Assembly: GCA_002507175.1 (NCBI GenBank)
Contig: DAZE01000012.1
Span: 25,134-89,133, forward strand
Direction of reading: 5' to 3'
DNA from: Euryarchaeota archaeon UBA558
Lineage (GTDB): Archaea; Thermoplasmatota; Poseidoniia; Poseidoniales; Thalassarchaeaceae
Length of the DNA stretch: 64,000 nt
The position numbers and the translations under genes were made by a program. Numbering within the stretch: position 1 is the first letter of the stretch; each line of letters starts with the position of its first letter. Under the pieces are notes generated by a model that had not been told where the DNA came from, made no database searches, and saw only the letters and a list, made by a program, of their open reading frames with translations. Shown one piece after another: positions 56,867 through 64,000 of the stretch.

Positions 56867-57498
56867 CTCTTTACCAACCTTTCATTTAGTCGAATTACGG
56901 TATCAACAGCTGCCTGGGTGGTCGAGTCTATTTCGATATTCACCAAAGACCCTGCTACCTTGTTGCCGAGTGTCGTCCTTCGTAATGTTTCCGGGATTAT
57001 ATGCACCTCGAAACACCCTCCCTCGTGGGTATTGCCCACGGTTAATGAGATCCCGTCGATTGCAATGTAACCCTTCTCGAATATGTACATGGCTACCTTG
57101 TCGGAAGTCTGTATTGTCATATCACATGTGGATTCTCCGCTTTCGAAATCCTTGATTTGCGATATTTCGATAATTTTCGCGACTTCCATTACGTGACCTG
57201 ATACGAGGTGACCACCGACCTCCTTGCCGAAGGTGAGTGATCTTTCGTAGTTCAATTTGTCCAGAGGCTTGAATTTCCCCAAGGTGGACCTAGCAAGAGT
57301 TTCTTCGATAATCTGGAACGAAGCCTTGTGCCCGGAAACCGATGTGACGGTCAGACAGACCCCTTCTAATGAAATACTAGCTCCAATCTCGATGCCATTC
57401 AATGCACCATCTGGAAATTCTACCTCCCAATCAGCATATCCTTCCAATTTATTCGTTGACTGAAGAGTTGCAATTCCCTCAATTATCCCTGTAAACAT
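56863..57498 (-). CDS. ribE: Riboflavin synthase, bacterial/eukaryotic trimeric type
   Basis: MFTGIIEG..., GASISLEGVCLTV, GGHLVSGHV, IDGISLTV and HIIPETLRRTTLG are collinear with E. coli RibC/RibE. Confidence 0.9.
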   Translation of the reverse strand: MFTGIIEGIATLQSTNKLEGYADWEVEFPDGALNGIEIGASISLEGVCLTVTSVSGHKASFQIIEETLARSTLGKFKPLDKLNYERSLTFGKEVGGHLVSGHVMEVAKIIEISQIKDFESGESTCDMTIQTSDKVAMYIFEKGYIAIDGISLTVGNTHEGGCFEVHIIPETLRRTTLGNKVAGSLVNIEIDSTTQAAVDTVIRLNERLVKR

Positions 57499-57504
57499 AT
57501 TTGT

Positions 57505-57948
57505 TCACTCCTCGAAAGGTCCACCCTCTTCATTTGGCCAAAGGTTCAGTATCCTTGCGATTATCTTCCTCGTCCCATCGAGATCGTCAGACAGACCTTC
57601 AACTCTTACAACCCTCACGTTTGAGTATCCAATGGAAGATAATCCATCTCTTACAGAGTCAATCGAGTGTTTTTGATCGTATCCGAGTGCAATTACATCT
57701 GGAGAGATCTCATCAAGTATCTCGTAGATTGGGACAGAGGGAGGGTTGCCGACTACAGCCCTGTCAACCGGCTTAAGGCCCTCAACCATTCTTTTCCGTA
57801 GATCGTGATTAGTCACTGGCTCATGTTTCCTCGCTCGCACAGTATCATCATGGGCAACCACCACGACTAATTCAGATCCTAGTAACTTGGCCTGTTCTAG
57901 ATAGTGCAAATGTCCGGCGTGAAGAAGATCAAAGACTCCCACAGCCAT
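57505..57948 (-). CDS. ribL: FAD synthase (CTP-dependent FMN adenylyltransferase, RibL type)
   Basis: MAVGVFDLLHAGHLHYLEQAK..VVVVAHDDTV..LKPVD matches archaeal RibL. ATG at 57948; the track ORF opens with TTG at 57960. Confidence 0.85.
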   Translation of the reverse strand: MAVGVFDLLHAGHLHYLEQAKLLGSELVVVVAHDDTVRARKHEPVTNHDLRKRMVEGLKPVDRAVVGNPPSVPIYEILDEISPDVIALGYDQKHSIDSVRDGLSSIGYSNVRVVRVEGLSDDLDGTRKIIARILNLWPNEEGGPFEE

Positions 57949-57960
57949 TATTTTTGTCAA

Positions 57961-58692
57961 TCAATTCACCGTCCCATCATTGTTATAATGCTCCAATAAA
58001 TCATCACCAGTCAGCATGGGTATACCGTGTCTTTCAGCATATGCCCTAGCCTCCTCAACTGGCAATGCGCCGTCACCATCGGGTTGCAGCATCTCAGCAC
58101 CTATCGTACAAGGCACCAATCCTGCCATGCGAGCGATACTTACTGCGAGTTCTGTATGACCTTGTCGACTTGACAAGCCACCCGGAGATTCCCTGCAGAC
58201 TGGGATGTGCCCGGGGGTTCGAAACTCCTTGCCTAGGGCAATTTGCGCTTCCTCGTTGGAGAGGCCATTCCTCAGGACCTCACCGCTAAGCTCTCCAAAC
58301 CTTCGGGTAGTGAGGGCTCTATCTCTATCCGTTATGCCAGTGAAGGTATCTCTGTGATTAATCGAGAGTGTGAATGCTGACTTGTTGTCATACTGCAGGT
58401 CATCGGTCTTCAGACGATCCAAAACAGGGTGTAGTTGGACTAAAGCATGATTGGTATGGATATCTTGGAGCCATGGAAGATCGAATTTCTCTCCGATTTC
58501 ATTCCCAATTGCAAGGAACAACAACCCGCCACAGTCATTTCTCAATCTTCTCATCACCTGAGGTGTAGCGAATTGAGCAGGCCAGAGTAGGTCTGTTTCA
58601 CTTTCTCTGAATGAGGAATCAAACACCATGACTGGATTGCCAGATGCGAATTCCCGAATGGCTTTTTCCAAGGCGGGGGGTCCGACTCGCAT
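57961..58692 (-). CDS. ribB: 3,4-dihydroxy-2-butanone-4-phosphate synthase
   Basis: VMVFDSSFRESETDLLWPAQ, TPGHIP and GHTELAVSIARMAGL. Confidence 0.9.
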   Translation of the reverse strand: MRVGPPALEKAIREFASGNPVMVFDSSFRESETDLLWPAQFATPQVMRRLRNDCGGLLFLAIGNEIGEKFDLPWLQDIHTNHALVQLHPVLDRLKTDDLQYDNKSAFTLSINHRDTFTGITDRDRALTTRRFGELSGEVLRNGLSNEEAQIALGKEFRTPGHIPVCRESPGGLSSRQGHTELAVSIARMAGLVPCTIGAEMLQPDGDGALPVEEARAYAERHGIPMLTGDDLLEHYNNDGTVN

Positions 58693-58720
58693 GGCAATCT
58701 GATACGCGGTCGAGGTTCTG

Positions 58721-58728
58721 GTAAATAG
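58721..58728 (-). promoter_or_regulatory. Candidate TATA box for the rib-trxB-moeB operon
   Basis: The minus strand reads CCTATTTACC, ~30 nt upstream of the ribB ATG (58692). This implies a leaderless or near-leaderless mRNA. The element is near-symmetric and could also serve the divergent protease gene. Confidence 0.35.
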
Positions 58729-58733
58729 GGTGG

Positions 58734-58757
58734 CGTTTCAGGATAGGAACTGAAACG
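58734..58757. repeat. Perfect 8-bp inverted repeat CGTTTCAG-N8-CTGAAACG
   Basis: Read directly from the sequence. It sits in the ribB / protease-permease divergent intergenic region, next to the TATA-like element. Confidence 0.6.
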
Positions 58758-58800
58758 AACAAGCGCAAGGAACTTGAGGGGGATACCAGTCGGGGAAGTG

Positions 58801-61800
58801 ATGACCTCGACGCGCAGAGCCGTAGCCCTGCTTATTTTGGCAACCCTGATCATCCCAATGACTGCGTCCCAAATCAATCCGGATCATGAGAGGGGGGGCC
58901 TCGATGCCATGGGGGAATGGCAACCCCGTCATGCACTCGAGATACACGACGAATGGTGGGAAGATTGGTCCAGAGATGCTAACCAAGACAGAATAGATGA
59001 CAGGCTAGAATGGCTATTGACACAACCAGAAGAAGTATATTCAAAATGGTGGAAGCGAGCGGAGTCTGGACAGGCTAGAGTTTTTGTTGACTACGACCAC
59101 CATCCTTCCACATCAGATGTTCGAGCATTGGAAGCCTTGGGCGCATCCGTTACAATGAGGCCGGTTTATCTTGATAGCCTCATAGCAAATGTTCCACTAG
59201 AGTTAATCCACCCATCCTCCGCCATACTGGAGCTACCTGGAGTTGTCATGATAGAGGATCTTGGTCTTGCAGAGACCCACATGAACGAGGCAGTACCAAA
59301 CATGGGGGTGGAAGAAGTTTGGGCGCAATATGGCTACGACGGAACAGGCGTCACAATCGCAGTTCTTGACACAGGAGTTCGGGGCGACCACGCAGGGTTG
59401 GATGACATGGATGACGAGATAACCCTTGGTTGCGATCAACCAGACCCAGATCCATTCAACCCCAATCCAATAGTACTCGACTGCGACCCTAAAATATCTG
59501 CATTTTATGACGCAGTAATCACCGACTCTGAGCAACCCGCTAGAGAGTCTTATGATTCGGGCACTCATGGTTCCCACGTCGCAGGCATCGCAGCCGGTAC
59601 TGGAGGAGGACAAGAGTCTCCAGATGGTTCGAGATACGTCGGAGTTGCCCCCGGGGCCTGGGTAATCAACATCATGGCATGTTGCGACGGAGACATCCAG
59701 GACATCATAGAAGGAGCCCAGTGGGCAATTGAGAATAAGGATGCAAAGAACATAGACATTCTCACATCATCTTTGGGAGAACAACAACTAGAGATCCACT
59801 TCGACAATGACGGCTCATCAGCGTGGAGCCAACAGATGGATGCAGTCGCCGCGTCTGGAATCATTACATTCCTCTCGGCTGGCAACGAATTTGGAGGAGC
59901 TACATTTGCTGGGTGTAATACAATAGACAGCCCGGGTGATGCCAACCTGCCGATCACAGTGGCAAGTCTGGACAAAGATCTGGGCCTAGCAATTTACTCG
60001 AGTAGAGGATATACATCCGACGGGCGAGTGAAACCCGACGTCTCAACAATTGGGTCAAATATCATGGCACCAGATGCCGCCACGTCAGACGGCTACACCA
60101 GCAAATCTGGGACTAGCATGGCAACACCCCTCATGGCGGGAATTGCAGCGTTAATGGTCGAGGCCAATCCAGACATAACCCACGACGAAGTAAAGTCGAT
60201 AATCAGCGCTGACTCTATTGAAAGAGATATCCAGCTCTTGGATGACCCAGGATTCAATGACTGCAGCATACTTGAGACTAGACCCGATAATGAGTTCGGG
60301 TACGGCCAGGCAGATCCCTTGGTATTCGTCCAATCGGCTGGAGCAATAGACTCAACCCTCAATGTGACCATGGATTTGGACACCCTGCAGCAAATTGGGA
60401 ACGAATCCAGAATTTCCGGCACCTCGACTGGAGGTGTCCCAGGGGTTGGCTATGTGGAGGTGAAAGTTGGAGGAGGAGAATGGCAGCAAGCAGCTGACCT
60501 TTCCTCAAATAATGACTGGTCATCCTGGAACGTCAAACTAACTCCGCACTCAGAGTCCGGGAATTCAACAGTATATTCCAGACTCGTGATCAATGAGGAT
60601 AGGATGTCACCAGTCGATGCCCGAAGAGTAATCCTGATCGACGGTCAGATGGGCTCTGGCTCTGGGGCCGGCGGTCAGACGACAATCGGTGCCTATGTTT
60701 TCTTGATCCCCTTCTTGGCCACTGTAGCCCTGTTAGGCATTACAGCCCTGAGAGAGGACTGGGCAAACACGACCCCTGCAAAGAAGAAAGATGATGAAAA
60801 CGACAGAATAGACGATGGCGTATCATCCTTGCACAAAAATCCACTGGATCCGTTTAGGACATTTGTGGTTGAGATGAGGCGTGGTGGCGCACTTACCGAG
60901 AACAAGTCTCGGAGACTCTTCACGCTGTGCATCCTCTATTTCGCTCAAGGCCTGCCATGGGGATTCGCCAGCGTAACTTTCGCAGCATATCTGGTGGACA
61001 ACGGCGTAGCAATAGGCGACGTCGCCATATTGTTTGCGACCGTCGCACTACCTTGGACCTTCAAATGGATCTGGGGCCCAGTTGTCGACGCAGTGAACAT
61101 ACCCAGATATGGCGCGAGGCGCCAATGGGTCTTGATTGCACAACTCGGTATGGTCCTCACGTTGGGGACATTATTGTTGGTTCCAGACCTCAATGCAGAG
61201 ATTGAATTGGTCACTAGGTTGCTATTCATACACAACATATTTGCCTCACTGCAAGATGTGGGTACCGATGCACTTGCCGTAGAGATTCTCCAACCAAATG
61301 AGGTAGCAAAAGCGAACGGATTCATGTTCGCCGCAAAGCGGGCGGGGATCATTGTTGGCGGTGCCGTACTCGGAGTCGCGGTGACGAAGATAGGTATCGG
61401 TGGAGTAATCGTAATTCAACTCGCATTACTGTCAATCATCGTAGCAGTGCCGCTTACAATGGTGGAGAGGCCGGGTGTCAAGCTATTCCCATGGTCGAAG
61501 TCAGAGGATGAGTGGTGGCTCTCCGTAACCGATGCGGACGGGAACACTGAAGAGGGTCAGGAGGCCACGGACCCCTGGCTCGCAGAGGATCGATTCAAGG
61601 TTGCAAAAACAGTTGGATACACCCTTGACAGCACTAAAATAACCATATCCGCATTTTTGGCAGTCATAGGCATTTCGATATGGATAATTGGCTTCGCAGT
61701 TGATGTCTTCACAATCGATTTCGGACTGGGCGACGATCTCAGGAATGTGACAAATCCAATCAGCTATTCAGCGCTAGCAATTTCCCTGCTTTTGATGGGG

Positions 61801-62592
61801 CTCTCCTACACAAGCGTGGCCACATCTGTGACCACCAAAGCAGTCAGAAACCCGCTATCTTTCCTTCCTCCTAGCACAAAAAGAGGCGTTGCCGAGACGT
61901 CCTTCTTCCTCACGAAGGCATTCTCGGTCAGATCAGCATTCTTGTTGATCGGGCTGTGCCTCCTGTCGGAGTTGTACATTTTCGTGGGGCCCATTGTCAT
62001 TGACATATTCATCAACGAAGCAGGCTGGTCTCAAGCCAAGTACAACGGGATAGTCGGTGGGGTGGTTGTGTTCGGGGCACTAATCGGCCAGATCGTGGGA
62101 GGCCTACTCGGCGACAGGTTCGGAGTGAGGAGGGTTGCAATGGTTGGATTTACATCATTGGCACTGGCAAACGCGGGGCTGGCATTCCTCCAATCCATGT
62201 GGGAAAATACCTCTGTGATGACCATTTACCTCATCATCCAGGCATTTGTTGGTGGCATGGCTTGGATTTGCATCATATCCCTGAGCATGAGACTCACATG
62301 GAGTAAGGTCGGAGGAACACAATTCACCGCATACATGTCTCTGTTCAATCTCTCTGGCGTATTTGCTTACACCCTTACTGAGAGGATGATATCCGTGTTT
62401 GACTACACTTCAGCAATCTACATCGGTGCTGCGCTGACATTGATTACAGTCTTCATGCTAGTGTTCATAGATGAGGATGAAACTGACAGAATACTCGAGG
62501 AAGGCGACCCAGTGGGAACCGATGAACAGAACTCGACTAGTACCGACTCGTTTGAGGTGACAGGAGATGAACAACCCTATGTCGCAGTTTGA
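58801..62592 (+). CDS. Subtilisin-like (S8) serine protease fused to an AmpG/PAT-family MFS permease
   Basis: Single frame. Contains a signal peptide (AVALLILATLIIPMTASQ), the S8 triad (AVLDTGV, HGSHVAG, GTSMATP) and a TM helix at 60685-60750. A multi-TM MFS domain follows, with LYFAQGLPWGF and FKWIWGPVVDAVNIPRYGARRQWVL (AmpG-like). The track ORF opens with TTG at 58774; ATG at 58801. Confidence 0.8.
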   Translation: MTSTRRAVALLILATLIIPMTASQINPDHERGGLDAMGEWQPRHALEIHDEWWEDWSRDANQDRIDDRLEWLLTQPEEVYSKWWKRAESGQARVFVDYDHHPSTSDVRALEALGASVTMRPVYLDSLIANVPLELIHPSSAILELPGVVMIEDLGLAETHMNEAVPNMGVEEVWAQYGYDGTGVTIAVLDTGVRGDHAGLDDMDDEITLGCDQPDPDPFNPNPIVLDCDPKISAFYDAVITDSEQPARESYDSGTHGSHVAGIAAGTGGGQESPDGSRYVGVAPGAWVINIMACCDGDIQDIIEGAQWAIENKDAKNIDILTSSLGEQQLEIHFDNDGSSAWSQQMDAVAASGIITFLSAGNEFGGATFAGCNTIDSPGDANLPITVASLDKDLGLAIYSSRGYTSDGRVKPDVSTIGSNIMAPDAATSDGYTSKSGTSMATPLMAGIAALMVEANPDITHDEVKSIISADSIERDIQLLDDPGFNDCSILETRPDNEFGYGQADPLVFVQSAGAIDSTLNVTMDLDTLQQIGNESRISGTSTGGVPGVGYVEVKVGGGEWQQAADLSSNNDWSSWNVKLTPHSESGNSTVYSRLVINEDRMSPVDARRVILIDGQMGSGSGAGGQTTIGAYVFLIPFLATVALLGITALREDWANTTPAKKKDDENDRIDDGVSSLHKNPLDPFRTFVVEMRRGGALTENKSRRLFTLCILYFAQGLPWGFASVTFAAYLVDNGVAIGDVAILFATVALPWTFKWIWGPVVDAVNIPRYGARRQWVLIAQLGMVLTLGTLLLVPDLNAEIELVTRLLFIHNIFASLQDVGTDALAVEILQPNEVAKANGFMFAAKRAGIIVGGAVLGVAVTKIGIGGVIVIQLALLSIIVAVPLTMVERPGVKLFPWSKSEDEWWLSVTDADGNTEEGQEATDPWLAEDRFKVAKTVGYTLDSTKITISAFLAVIGISIWIIGFAVDVFTIDFGLGDDLRNVTNPISYSALAISLLLMGLSYTSVATSVTTKAVRNPLSFLPPSTKRGVAETSFFLTKAFSVRSAFLLIGLCLLSELYIFVGPIVIDIFINEAGWSQAKYNGIVGGVVVFGALIGQIVGGLLGDRFGVRRVAMVGFTSLALANAGLAFLQSMWENTSVMTIYLIIQAFVGGMAWICIISLSMRLTWSKVGGTQFTAYMSLFNLSGVFAYTLTERMISVFDYTSAIYIGAALTLITVFMLVFIDEDETDRILEEGDPVGTDEQNSTSTDSFEVTGDEQPYVAV

Positions 62593-62830
62593 GGGGCTTG
62601 ATACAGAGTTCCTCTTGTTCACCAAGGATGTCTGTGGCTACTGCGTAGCAGCAAAAAATCTACTCAATAGCAAGGGACTCACATACACTGAGGTCAACCT
62701 CCAGCAAGATCACGAGCTAAGGAATGCCCTGATAATGGAAACCGGCCACAAGACAGTGCCGATAATTTTTGACCTCAGGTCGGACGTCTTATTCGTTGGG
62801 GGCTATACCGAATTGAAGAATGCACTCTAG
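62567..62830 (+). CDS. Glutaredoxin/NrdH-like small redoxin
   Basis: LLFTKDVCGYCVAAKNLL (CxxC), TVPIIF and GGYTEL. Overlaps the end of the fusion gene by 26 nt; an alternative ATG lies at 62579. Confidence 0.8.
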   Translation: MNNPMSQFEGLDTEFLLFTKDVCGYCVAAKNLLNSKGLTYTEVNLQQDHELRNALIMETGHKTVPIIFDLRSDVLFVGGYTELKNAL

Positions 62831-63417
62831 TCGGATCTTGCGATTCTCTCCAAGGACCGAATCATGGCAGACTTCTGACTTAGATCAACCATGTGCCCTT
62901 TCTTGTGGCGAAATTCGTCTACCGTCCATCCTGCATCCTGAAAACATTTCAGGTGTTCCAGGGCGGCTTCGATCGGGATAATGTGGTCCTTATCCCCATG
63001 CATCCAAACGACCGACCGTGGCGGCAAATTGTTCAATTTTGCTTTCAGTTCCTTGTTCCTAACTGTTTTCGTGGCGATCAATACAAGTCCAACTACTCTG
63101 TCGAAAATATCTCTCTCACACATGGCCGAGGCTATGGCTCCTCCTTGGGAAAAACCTCCCAGTATCAGTTTTCCTGGGGGAAGAAGACCTTCCAATCGGT
63201 CCATCGAGATGGAAATCTGAGATTCGATTTCAGAGTCCGAAGGCCTTGAACCATGTTCACTCAGCCACCAAGCCCTGCCACCACTCGGATGGATAAATGG
63301 TCCCTCAGGGCATAGACAACCCCATCCACTTGGAGTAATTTCCTCTGCGAGAGGCAACATTTTGGCGGAAGTGCCAGTCATGCCGTGAAGCATGACTAGA
63401 TGACCCTTCAAGCCCAT
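62827..63417 (-). CDS. Alpha/beta hydrolase, phospholipase/carboxylesterase family
   Basis: LVMLHGMTG, nucleophile elbow GFSQGG, GDKDHIIP and a C-terminal His. ATG at 63417 (MGLKGHLVMLHG) is preferred over 63453. Confidence 0.8.
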   Translation of the reverse strand: MGLKGHLVMLHGMTGTSAKMLPLAEEITPSGWGCLCPEGPFIHPSGGRAWWLSEHGSRPSDSEIESQISISMDRLEGLLPPGKLILGGFSQGGAIASAMCERDIFDRVVGLVLIATKTVRNKELKAKLNNLPPRSVVWMHGDKDHIIPIEAALEHLKCFQDAGWTVDEFRHKKGHMVDLSQKSAMIRSLERIARSD

Positions 63418-63418
63418 A

Positions 63419-64000
63419 TCAAATGCTCCAAGAGAATCCGATGCCACCAGCAATCATTACATCCAACTCAGTCTGACCTGTAAAACTGGCAGTCAGGGTG
63501 TATTCTCCACTGGGGGAGGGAATCGTCCCTAGCGTACCGGATTCTGAAGCCCCTGGGCCCCAAAATCTCTCTAGAACGGAGGCAGAGGTGTGATCCCTCA
63601 ATGTCAGAGATATCGAGGACCCACCAGCCCCAGAGGATGCATCAATCAGATAGATCATCTCATCCCATGACCCGTCGTTTGGATGATCCTGAACTAGGAA
63701 TGAGTCCTCAACATCGCCACTGGGGCCATTATTCTGATATTCTCTGTCGAGTAAATCCCTTCCTCGGATGAAATGGACCTCTCCTTGATGGTCTGAGCCG
63801 CTCTGGGCAAGTGAGATTCTAAGAAGCTCAGTTCCATCTGAGTCCACTCTCACAAAAGATGTGATGAACTTAATGTCGTCATCATAGGCGAATGTCAGGC
63901 TGCCCCCATCTGCGGAAGTGGCTTTTACGTATGCTTTTTTGCCGTTTATGTTGGCACTCGCGGTCCAATCCTTCTCAAACAGTGTAAATGACCAGGTTTT
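63419..64000 (-). CDS. Hypothetical protein, C-terminal part (frame stays open to the right edge)
   Basis: The track starts it at a GTG at 63853. By hand translation the frame stays open for the stretch I checked upstream of that (...LTFAYDDDIKFITSFVRVDSDG...); I did not trace it all the way to 64000. Beta-rich and Ser/Gly-rich, with no motif I recognise. Confidence 0.45.
   Translation of the reverse strand, partial: KTWSFTLFEKDWTASANINGKKAYVKATSADGGSLTFAYDDDIKFITSFVRVDSDGTELLRISLAQSGSDHQGEVHFIRGRDLLDREYQNNGPSGDVEDSFLVQDHPNDGSWDEMIYLIDASSGAGGSSISLTLRDHTSASVLERFWGPGASESGTLGTIPSPSGEYTLTASFTGQTELDVMIAGGIGFSWSI

Noticed and set aside
58693-58800. An FMN (RFN) riboswitch upstream of ribB.
   Set aside because: The intergenic region is about 100 nt and a TATA-like box sits 30 nt from the ATG, implying a leaderless mRNA. 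There is no room for an RFN element of about 130 nt or more, and no conserved RFN stems are seen.
1-64000. Mobile elements, prophage, defence islands, toxin-antitoxin pairs, CRISPR-Cas.
   Set aside because: I recognised no integrase, transposase, recombinase, capsid, terminase or Cas-like motif in any frame, and no long terminal or inverted repeats.

Overview
Densely coding archaeal chromosomal segment with about 54 protein genes and 2 tRNAs. I found no rRNA, CRISPR array, transposase or integrase. Archaeal origin is supported by Gar1, the CTP-type FAD synthase RibL, the ADH-synthase/DHQ-synthase-II shikimate entry, a GHMP-type shikimate kinase, an HTH_10 (Bat-type) regulator and a tRNA-Gln with A1:U72. 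Gene content (giant FG-GAP surface protein, secreted protease, FeS photolyase, bacterial-type gpsA) fits a planktonic marine Thermoplasmatota / Marine-Group-II-like organism; that assignment is inference only. Layout, left to right: LemA, Nudix-MBL fusion and FeS (6-4)-type photolyase; crcB, an aldo/keto reductase, a GYD protein and tRNA-Gln; korAB, a membrane cyclophilin and aconitase; a 2,151-aa surface protein; a TPR protein, Gar1-like protein and secreted protein; phnCE; gpsA; tRNA-Leu followed by an unknown 690-aa membrane protein and a MacB-type ABC pair; xth; four aro genes; a five-gene MoxR/DUF58 membrane module; a Mo-hydroxylase island (coxSLM-like genes, HTH_10 regulator, xdhC, unknown permease, mocA); a Ca/Na antiporter; a fused E1 alpha/beta 2-oxoacid dehydrogenase with a zinc-ribbon N-terminus; a 181-bp ~91% AT island; moeB-rhodanese, trxB and ribH/E/L/B in one operon; a subtilase fused to an AmpG-family MFS permease; glutaredoxin; an esterase. 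The best candidates for something new are the protease-permease fusion, the periodic AT island, the zinc-ribbon E1 fusion, the Gar1 zinc-finger variant, and the MoxR and Mo-hydroxylase modules. All functional calls come from motif recognition by eye; no database search was run.
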